A stretch of 64,000 nt of DNA from contig CAMTUU010000003.1 in the NCBI GenBank assembly GCA_947085045.1, positions 42,013-106,012 of the forward strand, in the 5' to 3' direction. Source of the DNA: an uncultured Microbacteriaceae bacterium (GTDB lineage: Bacteria; Actinomycetota; Actinomycetes; Actinomycetales; Microbacteriaceae). This document shows, in pieces, positions 37,940 through 47,596 of this stretch. Under the pieces are notes generated by a model. That model worked only from the letters and a program-made list of their open reading frames with translations. It did not search any database and was not told where the DNA came from. Position numbers and translations under genes: made by a program. Numbering within the stretch: position 1 is the stretch's first letter; every line of letters begins with the position of its first letter.

Positions 37940-38803
37940 ATGCTGGCGATCGTCGTGGGACTGGCGAGCGCCCTCACCTACGGCGTCGCCGACTTCTTCG
38001 GCGGCCTCGCCGCGAAGCGCACGGCATCCGTCGTGGTCACCGCGTTCGCCGCCCTCGTCGGGCTCGCCGTCATGCTGCCGTTCGCGTTCCTGGTTCCAGC
38101 CCGGGCGTCGTGGGAGGCGTTCCTCTGGGGCGGACTCTCGGGCATCACCGGCGCGGCGGCCATCTTCCTGCTCTACGCGGCGCTCGCCATCGGGCCGATG
38201 AGCATCCTGTCGCCGCTGACCGCCGTGCTCTCCGCGCTCGTGCCGATGACCTGGGGGCTCCTCTCCGGTGAGCGGCTGCCGTGGTGGGGCTACCTCGCGC
38301 TCGGCGGCGTGCTCGTGGCGATCGTGCTGGTCGGGTTCGTGCCCGAGAAGGGCGCCCTGCGACCGAAGGTGCGCGGGCTCGTCTACGCGACGATCTCGGG
38401 CGTGCTCATCGGCTGCTTCTTCATCTTCGTCGACCGGGCGCCCGGTGACTCCGGGCTCTTCCCGATCGTCGCCAACCGCTCGGTGAGCAGCGCGATCCTC
38501 CTCGTCGTGCTGCTGGTACTCGTGGTGGTCGCGCGTCGTCGCGGGATGCGCCCGTTCCCGGGTCTGCGGAGTGCGGTGTGGCTCATCCTCGCCTGCGGCG
38601 TCGCGGATGCCGCGGCCAACGTGCTCATCCTGACCGGGCTGCGGATGGGCGACCTCACCGTCATGAGCGTGCTCGCCGCGCTCTACCCGGGTGGAACGAT
38701 CGCCCTCGCCGCGCTCGTGCTGCGAGAGCGCATCGCGCCCGTGCAGTGGGCCGGGCTGGGGCTCGCGCTCGCCTCCGCCGCAGTGCTCGCGATTCCGGCC
38801 TGA
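37940..38803 (+). CDS. EamA/DMT family transporter
   Basis: 287 aa from MLAIVVGLASALTYGVADFFGG (the GTG at 37931 is also possible). Ten TM helices in two EamA repeats. Confidence 0.85.
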   Translation: MLAIVVGLASALTYGVADFFGGLAAKRTASVVVTAFAALVGLAVMLPFAFLVPARASWEAFLWGGLSGITGAAAIFLLYAALAIGPMSILSPLTAVLSALVPMTWGLLSGERLPWWGYLALGGVLVAIVLVGFVPEKGALRPKVRGLVYATISGVLIGCFFIFVDRAPGDSGLFPIVANRSVSSAILLVVLLVLVVVARRRGMRPFPGLRSAVWLILACGVADAAANVLILTGLRMGDLTVMSVLAALYPGGTIALAALVLRERIAPVQWAGLGLALASAAVLAIPA

Positions 38804-38923
38804 CCGACGGCGGCGATCCAGCCGCGCACGACGGCGACCGGATGCCTGCGAGTGCGCGCGCTGCAGCGGGTCCAGGTACGCGCAGACGTCGCTCATCGGG
38901 CGAGCGCACAGACCGCACGGCGG

Positions 38924-38966
38924 GTCGAGTGCCGGGCGCAGCCCGGTGCTGGGCCCGGCACTCGAC
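38924..38966. terminator. Long perfect hairpin between convergent genes
   Basis: GTCGAGTGCCGGGC-N15-GCCCGGCACTCGAC (14-bp perfect stem; the loop can add a further 4 bp, CAGC/GCTG). Confidence 0.5.
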
Positions 38967-38990
38967 CAGCGAAGGGTGCTGCGGTGGCGC

Positions 38991-39923
38991 TTAGAGAAGG
39001 CCCTGCGCCGTCAGCCATTCGGTGGCGACGTCGGCCGCGGACGGCTTGTCGTCACCCGCGAACTGCACATTGAGCTCGAGCAGCACGTCCGTGGTGATGA
39101 GCGCCGAGACCTCGTCGAGCAGAGCGGCGATCTCCGGCGTGAGCACGTCGGCCCTCAGCAGCGGCACGACGTTCTGCGCCGCGAACAGGTCCAGGTCGTC
39201 CTCGAGCACGACGAGGTCGTTGGCCGAGACCGACGCGGTCGTCGTGTAGATGTCGGCGACCTGGATGTTGCCGGCGAGCAGGTCCGCGAGGGTTCCCGGT
39301 CCGCCGTAGTCGTCGATCGCCTTGAACGCCCAGCCCTCGAAGCCGTAGGTCGCCGCGAGGCCGTCGCGCCAGCGCGGCTCGAACTCGGTGTTGGCACCGA
39401 GCGTGATCGTCGAGGCCAGCGGAGCGAGGTCGCCGATCGAGGCGAGCCCGTTCGCCTCGGCGTACTCCGGGGTGACGACGAGCGCGTCCGAGTCCTCTCC
39501 GGGCGCGGCCGCGGCGACCGCGAGGCCGAGCGGTTCGAGCGCGGCCGGGAGGGCCGCCTCGACGTCGTCGGCCGAGGTGGCGGTGGCCTGCGGGTCGGCG
39601 TAGAGCAACGCGTTACCGGCGTAGTCCGGGATCAGGTCGATCGACCCGTCCTGCAAGGCGAGAACGAAGGTCTCGCGCGAGCCGATCCCCTCCTCGTACG
39701 ACACCTCGTAGCCGTTCGCGGCGAGCACCTGGCCGTAGATCTGGGCCAGGATCTCGCTCTCGCCGAAGGCCTGGTTGCCGATCGTGATCGTGTCGCCGAC
39801 CGAGCCGCCGGTCTCCTCCGCGAGCGGGTCGCCCGTGGAGCAGGACGCCAGCGCGACCGTGAGGCCGAGAGCGACGACACCGACCCCGACGCGCGTGAGT
39901 GTGGGTGAGAACATCCGATTCAT
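38991..39923 (-). CDS. Glycine betaine/osmoprotectant ABC transporter substrate-binding lipoprotein
   Basis: Lipobox LASC, ..ITIGNQAFGESEILAQIYGQVL..DLIPDYAGN.. OpuAC-type fold. The ATG at 39923 overlaps the permease stop (ATGA); the ATG at 39914 is an alternative. Confidence 0.88.
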   Translation of the reverse strand: MNRMFSPTLTRVGVGVVALGLTVALASCSTGDPLAEETGGSVGDTITIGNQAFGESEILAQIYGQVLAANGYEVSYEEGIGSRETFVLALQDGSIDLIPDYAGNALLYADPQATATSADDVEAALPAALEPLGLAVAAAAPGEDSDALVVTPEYAEANGLASIGDLAPLASTITLGANTEFEPRWRDGLAATYGFEGWAFKAIDDYGGPGTLADLLAGNIQVADIYTTTASVSANDLVVLEDDLDLFAAQNVVPLLRADVLTPEIAALLDEVSALITTDVLLELNVQFAGDDKPSAADVATEWLTAQGLL

Positions 39924-40687
39924 CCTTCCGTGAGGGGTGTCCGGGTGGCTTCGAGAGTCCGGGATGGACGCTTCGCTGGAGTGCCGGTACTGCTCTTGGT
40001 GCGCGACCCACCGCGGGACACCCCACGCGGCGCGACGAGTCTCTGCAGGGCCGCGAGCAGCCCGTCGAGGAGGAGCGCGAGCGCGGCGATGAGCAGCGCC
40101 CCGATCAGCGCGCGCAGATAATCCTGCGAGCGGAGCCCCTCGATGAGGTAACGGCCGAGGCCGCCCTGGGCGACGTAGGCGGCGATCGTCGCGGTCGCCA
40201 CGACCTGCAGCGTCGCCGAGCGCAGACCGCCGACGAGCAGCGGAAGCGCGAGCGGCACCTCGACCCGGGACAGGATCTGCCACTCGGTCATGCCCTGTGC
40301 ACGCGCGGCGTCGACGGTCTGGCGGTCGACGGCTTCGACGCCGGAGTAGGCCCCGGCGAGCAGCGGGGGGATGGCGAGCACCACGAGCACGACGATGACC
40401 GGGGTGAGGCTGAGGCCCGCGCCGAACTGGAGGCCGATCAGCACGAAGAGCGTCATCACGCCGAACGTGGGCAGCGCTCGGGCGGCCCCCGTGATGCCGA
40501 TGACCGCGGCCCGGCCCCGCCCGGTGTGCCCGATGAGCAGGCCGAGCGGCACGGCGATGGCGGCGGCGAGGATCACGCTGAGGAAGGTGATAGCCAGATG
40601 CTGGTTGAGTCGGGCGGCGATGCCGTTCGCGCCCTGCCAGTTGGCCGGGTCGAGGATGTACGCGACGGCGTCGAGGATGAAGTTCAC
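39920..40687 (-). CDS. ABC transporter permease (osmoprotectant type)
   Basis: 255 aa from the GTG at 40687 (GTGA overlap). BPD_transp_1 EAA loop ..VDAARAQGMTEWQILSRVEVPLALP.. Confidence 0.9.
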   Translation of the reverse strand: MNFILDAVAYILDPANWQGANGIAARLNQHLAITFLSVILAAAIAVPLGLLIGHTGRGRAAVIGITGAARALPTFGVMTLFVLIGLQFGAGLSLTPVIVVLVVLAIPPLLAGAYSGVEAVDRQTVDAARAQGMTEWQILSRVEVPLALPLLVGGLRSATLQVVATATIAAYVAQGGLGRYLIEGLRSQDYLRALIGALLIAALALLLDGLLAALQRLVAPRGVSRGGSRTKSSTGTPAKRPSRTLEATRTPLTEG

Positions 40688-41373
40688 GCGACCCTCCCCG
40701 GCAGGATCGAGCGCAGGAAGGAGGCGCGGGGGGACGCCGGGCGCCGCCGCGACCAGGGCATGAGCAGCCGGCCGAGGATCACGAGGATCGCGTCGAACAG
40801 CAGGGCCAGTAGCACCGTGAACACGATGCCGATGACGATCTCGTCGATGAACGGCCGGTTGTAGCCCTCGGTGAACAGCCTCCCGAGACCGCCGGACCCG
40901 ATCAGTGCCGCGACGCTCAGCAGCGACACCGTGCTCACCGAGACCACGCGGAGGTTGGCGAGCAGCACCGGTCCGGCGAGGGGCAACTGCACCTTCCAGA
41001 ACCGCGAGGTGCCCGAGTAGCCCTGCGCCGTCGCCGACTGCAGCACGTCGCCGGAGACGCTCGCGAACCCGTCGACGGTACCGCGCAGCATCATCGCGGT
41101 CGCGTAGAGCGAGAGCGCCACGACCACGTTGAGCTCGTCCAGGATCTTGGTGCCGAGGATCCCGGGGAGCACCACGAAGAGGGCGAGCGCGGGGATGGTA
41201 TAGATCAAGTTGAAGACGGTGAGCAGGATGCCGCGCAGCCACGGCACGCGCACGGCGACCCAGCCGAGGGGCAGGGAGGCTGCGAAACCGACGAGGATCG
41301 GGAGGGCCGAGAGCCTCGCGTGTTCCGCGGTGAGCCCCAGCACCAGATCCAGGTTGTTCCACAGCCAGGTCAT
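40684..41373 (-). CDS. ABC transporter permease (osmoprotectant type)
   Basis: 229 aa, ..LQSATAQGYSGTSRFWKVQLPLAGP.. Confidence 0.9.
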   Translation of the reverse strand: MTWLWNNLDLVLGLTAEHARLSALPILVGFAASLPLGWVAVRVPWLRGILLTVFNLIYTIPALALFVVLPGILGTKILDELNVVVALSLYATAMMLRGTVDGFASVSGDVLQSATAQGYSGTSRFWKVQLPLAGPVLLANLRVVSVSTVSLLSVAALIGSGGLGRLFTEGYNRPFIDEIVIGIVFTVLLALLFDAILVILGRLLMPWSRRRPASPRASFLRSILPGRVA

Positions 41374-42269
41374 CAGGCGTCCCCGGCCTGGTCCGTCTTG
41401 TTGGAGACGCTGCGGGACTTCGGACTGGCGTTGCCGATCGCGAGCTTGCCGCCGGGCGCCGCGATGACGCCGACGGGGTAACCGCCGGCATCCACCAGCA
41501 CCTGGTCGTCGCCGCTGCCGCTGGCGCTCACCGTGAGCCGGCGCTTGCCGCGGTCGGAGCCGACGAACGACGCGACGAAGTCGTCGGCAGGGTTCGCGAG
41601 GATCTCCTCCGGGGTGCCCTGCTGCACGATACGCCCGCGTTCGGCGAGGATCACCACCTGGTCGCCGAGCAGGAACGCCTCGTCGATGTCGTGGGTGACG
41701 AAGACGATCGTGGTCTCGGTCTCGGCCTGGATGCGCAGCACCTCCTGCTGGAGGTCGGCGCGCACGATCGGGTCGACCGCGCCGAAGGGCTCATCCATCA
41801 GCAGGATGTTGGGGCCCGCGGCGAGGGCTCGGGCCACGCCGACGCGCTGCTGCTGGCCGCCGGAGAGTTCGCCGGGGAACCGGAGAGCGAACGAACGGTC
41901 GAGGCCGACGACATCCATCAACTCCAGTGCGCGTGCGCGGGCCTTCTCCTTCGCCACACCGGTCAGGCGCGGGACGGTGGCGATGTTGTCGACCACCCGC
42001 CGATGCGGCAGCAGCCCGGAGCTCTGCATGACGTAGCCGATGCGCCGACGGAGGGCGACGGGAGCGACCGCCGCGACGTCCTCGCCGTCGATCTCGACCG
42101 TGCCGGAAGAGGGGTCGACCATCCGGTTGATCATGCGCAGGAGGGTGGTCTTGCCCGATCCGCTCGAGCCCACCAGCACGGTGACCTGGCGGGCCGGGAT
42201 CTGCAACGAGAAGTGCTCGACGGCGTAGGAGTCGCCGAACGTCTTCGTGACATCGGTGAACTCGATCAC
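41373..42269 (-). CDS. ABC transporter ATP-binding protein (osmoprotectant type)
   Basis: GSSGSGKTT, LSGGQQQRVGVARAL, LLMDEPFGAVD. GGAGGAGG SD before the GTG start. Confidence 0.93.
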   Translation of the reverse strand: MIEFTDVTKTFGDSYAVEHFSLQIPARQVTVLVGSSGSGKTTLLRMINRMVDPSSGTVEIDGEDVAAVAPVALRRRIGYVMQSSGLLPHRRVVDNIATVPRLTGVAKEKARARALELMDVVGLDRSFALRFPGELSGGQQQRVGVARALAAGPNILLMDEPFGAVDPIVRADLQQEVLRIQAETETTIVFVTHDIDEAFLLGDQVVILAERGRIVQQGTPEEILANPADDFVASFVGSDRGKRRLTVSASGSGDDQVLVDAGGYPVGVIAAPGGKLAIGNASPKSRSVSNKTDQAGDA

Positions 42270-42337
42270 GACCGCCTCCTCCTGCTGCTTCGTCGCTCGA
42301 CGCTAATCCGGTTGCCCGGATTGCGCTCGGTGTTGCG

Positions 42338-43015
42338 TCATCCGGCGACATTCCCAACGGCCGGATAGCCGCCGGCGTCCTTCAGCAACCGCGCCAGGTG
42401 CAGCAGATTCCACGACATCGCCGTGAGCGTGCTCGTCGTGAACTCGTTCTCGGGCCCGCCGGAGTCCTCGTCCAGATACGACGGCCCCGGACCGATGTCG
42501 CCGATCCACCCCGTCTCGGCGGCCGGGGGGATCGTGTAGCCGATGTGCTGGAGGGCGTAGAGAAGATTGCGCCCGGAGTTCTTCACGCCGTCCTCGTTGC
42601 CCGTGGTGATCGTGCCGGCGACCTTGCCGTAGTAGACCGGCTGGCCGGCGTCATTCGTCTGGTCGCTCATCGCGTAGAGCCGCTCGATGAGCTTGCGGGC
42701 CTCCGATGTCGGCTCGCCGAGCTGGATGGAGGTGCCGACGATGAGGATGTCGGCATCCCGCACCTTCGGCCAGACGACGTCGGGCCAGGCGTCCGCATCC
42801 CAGCCGTGCTCGCGCAGGTCGGGCTGCACGCCGGGCGCGACCTCGAAGTCGACGAGCCGCAACGACTCGACGCTCGCACCCTGCTCCCGCAACAGCTCGA
42901 TGCTGCGATCGGCGAGCCCCTGCGTGTGCGAGAGCTCCGACGTGCGATTCAGCGTGCAGTTGATGAACAGGACCTTCAGGTCGTCGTAGGTCGGCACCCC
43001 CTCAGCTGATCCCAC
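42338..43015 (-). CDS. Flavodoxin-like fold NAD(P)H-dependent FMN reductase family protein
   Basis: ..KVLFINCTLNRTSELSHT..ADILIVGTSIQLGEPTS..TGNEDG.. Start at the GTG at 43015, because the longer ORF would overlap the divergent DUF427 gene. Confidence 0.8.
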   Translation of the reverse strand: MGSAEGVPTYDDLKVLFINCTLNRTSELSHTQGLADRSIELLREQGASVESLRLVDFEVAPGVQPDLREHGWDADAWPDVVWPKVRDADILIVGTSIQLGEPTSEARKLIERLYAMSDQTNDAGQPVYYGKVAGTITTGNEDGVKNSGRNLLYALQHIGYTIPPAAETGWIGDIGPGPSYLDEDSGGPENEFTTSTLTAMSWNLLHLARLLKDAGGYPAVGNVAG

Positions 43016-43059
43016 GTCAAGACGGGAATGCCGAGGCTTGACAAGGGCTTGGATGAGGT

Positions 43060-43362
43060 ATGGCAACTGCAACCGTGAACGGCACCGTCATCGCCGAAGC
43101 GCCCGACTCCGAGATCATCCACATCGAGGGCAACTCGTACTTTCCGCCGTCGTCGGTGAAGGAGGGGTTCCTCACCACCTCGCCGACGCCGTACACCTGC
43201 CCCTGGAAGGGCGAGTGCCAGTACTTCACCGTGACCGTCGACGGTCAGGCTCTGCCCGACCGCGCGTGGTCGTACCCGACGCCGTACCCGACCGGGATCG
43301 AGCGCGTCGGCCAGGACTTCTCGAACTACGTCGCCTTCTGGAAGGAAGTCCAGGTCTCGTAA
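43060..43362 (+). CDS. DUF427 domain protein
   Basis: 100 aa, ..IHIEGNSYFPPSSV..TSPTPYTCPWKGECQYFTV...DRAWSYPTP.. Confidence 0.85.
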   Translation: MATATVNGTVIAEAPDSEIIHIEGNSYFPPSSVKEGFLTTSPTPYTCPWKGECQYFTVTVDGQALPDRAWSYPTPYPTGIERVGQDFSNYVAFWKEVQVS

Positions 43363-43397
43363 GCCTCGCGGTCAGCCGCGCTTCGTAGGCTGACCGG

Positions 43398-44549
43398 ATG
43401 CTGACGTCCCTCGCGATCGAGGGGTACCGGTCGATCCGGTCCCTCGTCGTGCCGCTCGCCCCGCTCACCGTCGTCACGGGACCCAACGGCAGCGGCAAGT
43501 CGTCGCTGTACCGCTCGCTGCGCCTGCTTGCGGCGGCGGGACGCGACGGTGCGGTCGCGGCCCTGGCCCGCGAGGGCGGCCTGTCGTCGACACTCTGGGC
43601 GGGGCCGGAGGCGGGGTCATCGCGGTCGGGCCCGGTGCAGGGAACCGCGCGGAAGAACCCGATCGCCCTCAAGCTGGGCTTCGCCGCGGATGCCGACGGC
43701 TTCGGGTACGCGATCGACTTCGGGCTGCCCGTGCCCGCCACGACGATGTTCGGGACGGACCCGATCATCAAGGCCGAAGCGGTGTGGAGCGGCCCGTTCC
43801 TCCGGCCCGCGACGCTTCTCAGCGACCGGCGCGGCCCGACCGCGCGGGTGCGCGGCGACGACGGCTGGCGCACCCTGGGCCGCACACTCGCGCCCTGGGA
43901 GAGCATGCTCGCCGAGTTCGGCGACCCCGACGCGACCCCCGAGATCCTCGGCCTGCGGGCCGATCTCCGCGACTGGCGGTTCTACGATGCCGTGCGCACG
44001 GACGCCGCGGCGCCGGCCCGGCAGACCGCGATCGGCACGCGCGCGCCGATCCTCGCCTCCGACGGCTCCGACCTCGCGGCGGCGCTGCAGACGATCCGCG
44101 AACAGGGTGACGCCGGCGAGCTCGATGCCGCGATCGCCCGCGCGCTGTCGGGCAGCCGGTTCTCGGTCGAGGACCGCGCCGGCGGGTTCGCGCTGCTACT
44201 GCACCAGCCCGGGCTGCTGCGTCCGCTCGAGGCGGCGGAGCTCTCCGACGGCACCCTGCGCTACCTGATCTGGGCCGCCGCCCTGCTCAGCACCCGGCCC
44301 GCCACGTTCCTCGCGCTCAACGAGCCGGAGACGAGCCTGCATCCTGGAGTCGTCGAGGCGCTGGCATCCCTCCTGGTGACGGCGGCCGAGCGGTCGCAGC
44401 TCGTCGTCGTCTCCCACTCGGCCGCGCTCGTGAGCGCGCTCGAGGACGCCGGCGCGACCGTCCACCGGCTCGAGAAGCAGGCCGGCGAGACGGTGCTCGC
44501 CGGCCAGGGACGCCTCGACGGGCCGCCGTGGAGCTGGCCCTCCCGCTGA
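43398..44549 (+). CDS. Stand-alone ABC/SMC-like ATPase (AAA_21-type)
   Basis: 383 aa. Walker A GPNGSGKS near the N-terminus, signature-like LSDGTLRY, Walker B/D-loop FLALNEPETSLHP, VVVSHS H-loop. Confidence 0.85.
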   Translation: MLTSLAIEGYRSIRSLVVPLAPLTVVTGPNGSGKSSLYRSLRLLAAAGRDGAVAALAREGGLSSTLWAGPEAGSSRSGPVQGTARKNPIALKLGFAADADGFGYAIDFGLPVPATTMFGTDPIIKAEAVWSGPFLRPATLLSDRRGPTARVRGDDGWRTLGRTLAPWESMLAEFGDPDATPEILGLRADLRDWRFYDAVRTDAAAPARQTAIGTRAPILASDGSDLAAALQTIREQGDAGELDAAIARALSGSRFSVEDRAGGFALLLHQPGLLRPLEAAELSDGTLRYLIWAAALLSTRPATFLALNEPETSLHPGVVEALASLLVTAAERSQLVVVSHSAALVSALEDAGATVHRLEKQAGETVLAGQGRLDGPPWSWPSR

Positions 44550-44552
44550 AAC

Positions 44553-44586
44553 AACGAGAGGCCGCCCCGAAGGACGGCCTCTCGTT
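44553..44586. terminator. Bidirectional terminator hairpin between ATPase and helicase genes
   Basis: AACGAGAGGCCG-N10-CGGCCTCTCGTT (12-bp perfect stem). Confidence 0.6.
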
Positions 44587-44600
44587 CGGGTGACGGCTGC

Positions 44601-46352
44601 TTATTCGGCGAACGTCCGGATGACCTCGTCGCCGGGGCGGACCGAGATCCACTCGGGCGAGATCTCCGCGCGGGAGAGCAGGTCCTCGGTCTTGCGGCGA
44701 CGGTTGCGCGGCACGAGGGTCACGACGGTGCCCGTCTTGCCGGCGCGGCCCGTACGGCCGGCGCGGTGCAGGTACGCCTTGTACTCGTCGGGCGCGTCGG
44801 CCTGGATGACCAGCTCGATGTCGTCGACGTGGATGCCGCGCGCGGCGACGTCGGTCGCGACGAGCACGTTGACCCGACCGCTGGTGAACTTCTCCAGCGC
44901 GCGGGTGCGCCGCGACTGGTTCAGGTCGCCGTGGATCGACTCGGCGCGGATGCCGGCCTCGTCGAGGAGGTCGGCGAGCTGCTCCGCGAACGCGCGGGTG
45001 CGCGCGAACACAAGCTTCTTGCCCGGTCCGCCGGCGAGCTCGATGAGCACGTCCTGCTTGTCGCGCTGCTCGAGCAGGAACGCCACGTGGCGGATGTCGG
45101 ACGAGGCCTGGTCTTCACCGGAGATCTCGTAGACGGCCGGCTCGACGAGGAACTCCTCGACGAGCGACGCCACACCGGAGTCGAGCGTCGCCGAGTAGAG
45201 CAGCTTCTGCCCGCCCTCGGAGGTGCGCTGGAGCAGGTCGCGCACGGGCTCGAGGAATCCGAGCTCGCACATGTGGTCGGCCTCGTCGAGCACCGTGACC
45301 ATGACCTGCGAGAGGTCGAGCCGGCCCTGCGACACGAGGTCGCCGATGCGGCCCGGGGTGCCGATGATGATGTCGACACCGCGCTGGATGGCGCCGACCT
45401 GGCGCTGGTACGGCACGCCGCCGTAGATCTGCGTCGTGAAGAGGCCCACGCTCTGCGCGAGCGGCTGCACGGTGCGGTCGATCTGCAGCGCGAGTTCGCG
45501 CGTCGGAGCGAGGATGAGCGCCCGCGGGGCACGGCCCGGCTTGCGGCGCTCGGTCGAGCCCTTCTGGGCCTGGAGCAGACGCTCGACGAGCGGAGCACCG
45601 AACGCGATCGTCTTGCCGGAGCCGGTGCGGCCGCGGCCGAGCACGTCGCGACCCTCGAGCACCGACGGGATCGTCGCGGCCTGGATCGGGAACGGGCTGT
45701 CGGCGCCGAGCTGGGAGAGCGCGCGCACGAGGTTCTGGCCGAGGCCGAGCTCGAGGAATCCGCTGCTCGTCATGTCGGTCGCGTCGACGGCCTGCGCCTC
45801 GAGACGGGCGAGGACGACGTCATCCTGGTGCTGGGCGGGGCGATCGGTGCGGTCGTGACCGAAGTTGCGGTTCTCGCGCGGCTCGTAGCCCTCGCGGTTG
45901 CGCGGCTCGTAGCTGCGCGACGGAGCGCCGCCCTCGCGCGGGGTGTACTCGCGACGGGGGGCGCGCTCGGTGCGGTCGTAGCTCGGACGCTCGGTGCGCG
46001 GGGCGTAGCCCTCACGGGCCGGACGCTCGGAGCGGCCCTGGTAGCCACCCTCGCGGGCGGGACGGTCGGACCGCTCGAAGCGGTCGCCGGTGCGGGGAGC
46101 GCCGAAGCGCTCGTTCGACCGGGGGGCCTTGTCGCGCGGCTCCCAGTTGGGACGCGTCGACTGGCCGCGCTCGACGGAGTCGCGACGGTCGGCGGAGTCC
46201 GCCTGGCGCTCGCGCACCGGACGGGCGGCGGTGCCGCGCGGGCGCACCGGGGACTTGCCCTGGGCGGCGCGCTGCTCGGTGGACCAGCGGGCCTTCTTGG
46301 GGCCGGCGGCGGAGTTCGAGCGCGCGGAGGCGCTCTTCTTGGGACTGGGCAT
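44601..46352 (-). CDS. DEAD-box RNA helicase with long N-terminal Arg/Glu/Tyr-rich extension
   Basis: Q motif ..FPIQAATIP.., GRTGSGKT, PTRELA, DEADHM, SAT, HRAGRTGRAG. The roughly 190-aa N-terminal low-complexity region is in a high-GC3 frame. Confidence 0.92.
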   Translation of the reverse strand: MPSPKKSASARSNSAAGPKKARWSTEQRAAQGKSPVRPRGTAARPVRERQADSADRRDSVERGQSTRPNWEPRDKAPRSNERFGAPRTGDRFERSDRPAREGGYQGRSERPAREGYAPRTERPSYDRTERAPRREYTPREGGAPSRSYEPRNREGYEPRENRNFGHDRTDRPAQHQDDVVLARLEAQAVDATDMTSSGFLELGLGQNLVRALSQLGADSPFPIQAATIPSVLEGRDVLGRGRTGSGKTIAFGAPLVERLLQAQKGSTERRKPGRAPRALILAPTRELALQIDRTVQPLAQSVGLFTTQIYGGVPYQRQVGAIQRGVDIIIGTPGRIGDLVSQGRLDLSQVMVTVLDEADHMCELGFLEPVRDLLQRTSEGGQKLLYSATLDSGVASLVEEFLVEPAVYEISGEDQASSDIRHVAFLLEQRDKQDVLIELAGGPGKKLVFARTRAFAEQLADLLDEAGIRAESIHGDLNQSRRTRALEKFTSGRVNVLVATDVAARGIHVDDIELVIQADAPDEYKAYLHRAGRTGRAGKTGTVVTLVPRNRRRKTEDLLSRAEISPEWISVRPGDEVIRTFAE

Positions 46353-46398
46353 GCGAATGTCTTCCGTATTTTCTGGGGATCAGAGTGCGGGCGCGCCC

Positions 46399-46414
46399 CT
46401 GTTCGATCGAACAG
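46399..46414. promoter_or_regulatory. Perfect 16-bp palindrome in the helicase leader
   Basis: CTGTTCGATCGAACAG, 47-62 nt upstream of the helicase ATG within a 250-nt intergenic region. Confidence 0.35.
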
Positions 46415-46602
46415 AGCGCACGCTCCGAGAACCCGGGCGTACGTAGACCGGGGCCGTTTTCCTGAAGGATTCCTCGTGCCTCGACTGAGTCACGATCCGG
46501 CCCGCTCGACATACAGTGCTGCATTGGCGGATGACATCCGCGCGTCGAGAGCCGACTGCACCACATTACCCGACCCGGGCCCGTTCGCCTAGGATTCCGA
46601 GG

Positions 46603-47556
46603 ATGCGCGTGGCGGTCGGCATCCCCCTCGCGCTCGCCGCCGTGCTGGTGCTCGCGGCCTGCGGCCCGACGGGCTCGGATGCCGAGACCATCGACCCGCA
46701 GATCGATGCGGCCGGCACCGACCTCGCGACCGATCCCGACGCCACCGTGCTGGCGGATCTCGAGTACGGCGCCGTCGACGGCGAGCCGCTGCTGCTGGAT
46801 GCCTGCCTGCCGCCCGGCTTCGATCCGAGCGCGAGCCGGGTCCCCGGCATCGTGGTCGTCCACGGCGGCAGCTGGCGGGAGGGTCGCAAGGACAGCGTCG
46901 CGTGGCGCGCGGTCTGCACCTGGCTGGCCGGCGCCGGTTACCCGGCCTTCTCGGTGCAGTACCGCCTCGCGCCCGAGAACCCTTTCCCGGCGGGCTCCGA
47001 CGACGTGCGGGCGGCCGTCGAGTGGCTGCGCGCCGACGAGCAGGCCGAGCGCTTCGGCCTCGACCCTGCTCGGCTGGGGATCTTCGGCGGCTCGGCCGGG
47101 GGCAATCTGGCGGCACTGACCGGCACCCTCGGCAGCGGCCCCCTCGACACCGGTTCGCGTGTCGCCGCCGTGGTCGACCTCAGCGGTCCGATCGACCTGA
47201 CCGGGGTCGCGCTGACCGATGACTTCGCGCCGCTGCAGCTCGAGTACCTCGGCTGCACGACCTTCCAGACCTGCCCCACGGCAGAGGCGGCGTCGCCGAA
47301 CTTCCAGGTCGACCAGACCGATCCCCCGTTCTTCATCGCGCACTCGACGACCGAGAAGATCCCGCTCGCGCAGTCGGAGCGATTCGTCGAGGATCTGCGG
47401 GATGCCGGCGTCGAGGTCGAGTTCCTCGTCGCCGACGGTGCGCTGCACTCGATCGCGTTGCTCGACGACGACCTCAAGGCGCGGATCGTCGCGTTCTACC
47501 TGCGCACCCTCGGCCCCGCGTTCGCCCCGATCGACGATCCCGACGCCCTCGACTGA
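46603..47556 (+). CDS. Alpha/beta hydrolase (esterase/lipase-type) lipoprotein
   Basis: Start at MRVAVGIPLALAAVLVLAAC (lipobox). VVVHGGSW oxyanion motif and GGSAGG nucleophile elbow. Confidence 0.85.
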   Translation: MRVAVGIPLALAAVLVLAACGPTGSDAETIDPQIDAAGTDLATDPDATVLADLEYGAVDGEPLLLDACLPPGFDPSASRVPGIVVVHGGSWREGRKDSVAWRAVCTWLAGAGYPAFSVQYRLAPENPFPAGSDDVRAAVEWLRADEQAERFGLDPARLGIFGGSAGGNLAALTGTLGSGPLDTGSRVAAVVDLSGPIDLTGVALTDDFAPLQLEYLGCTTFQTCPTAEAASPNFQVDQTDPPFFIAHSTTEKIPLAQSERFVEDLRDAGVEVEFLVADGALHSIALLDDDLKARIVAFYLRTLGPAFAPIDDPDALD

Positions 47557-47596
47557 CCCGCCACCCCGGTTTGGTCGGCCAAACGGTGCTGACCGG

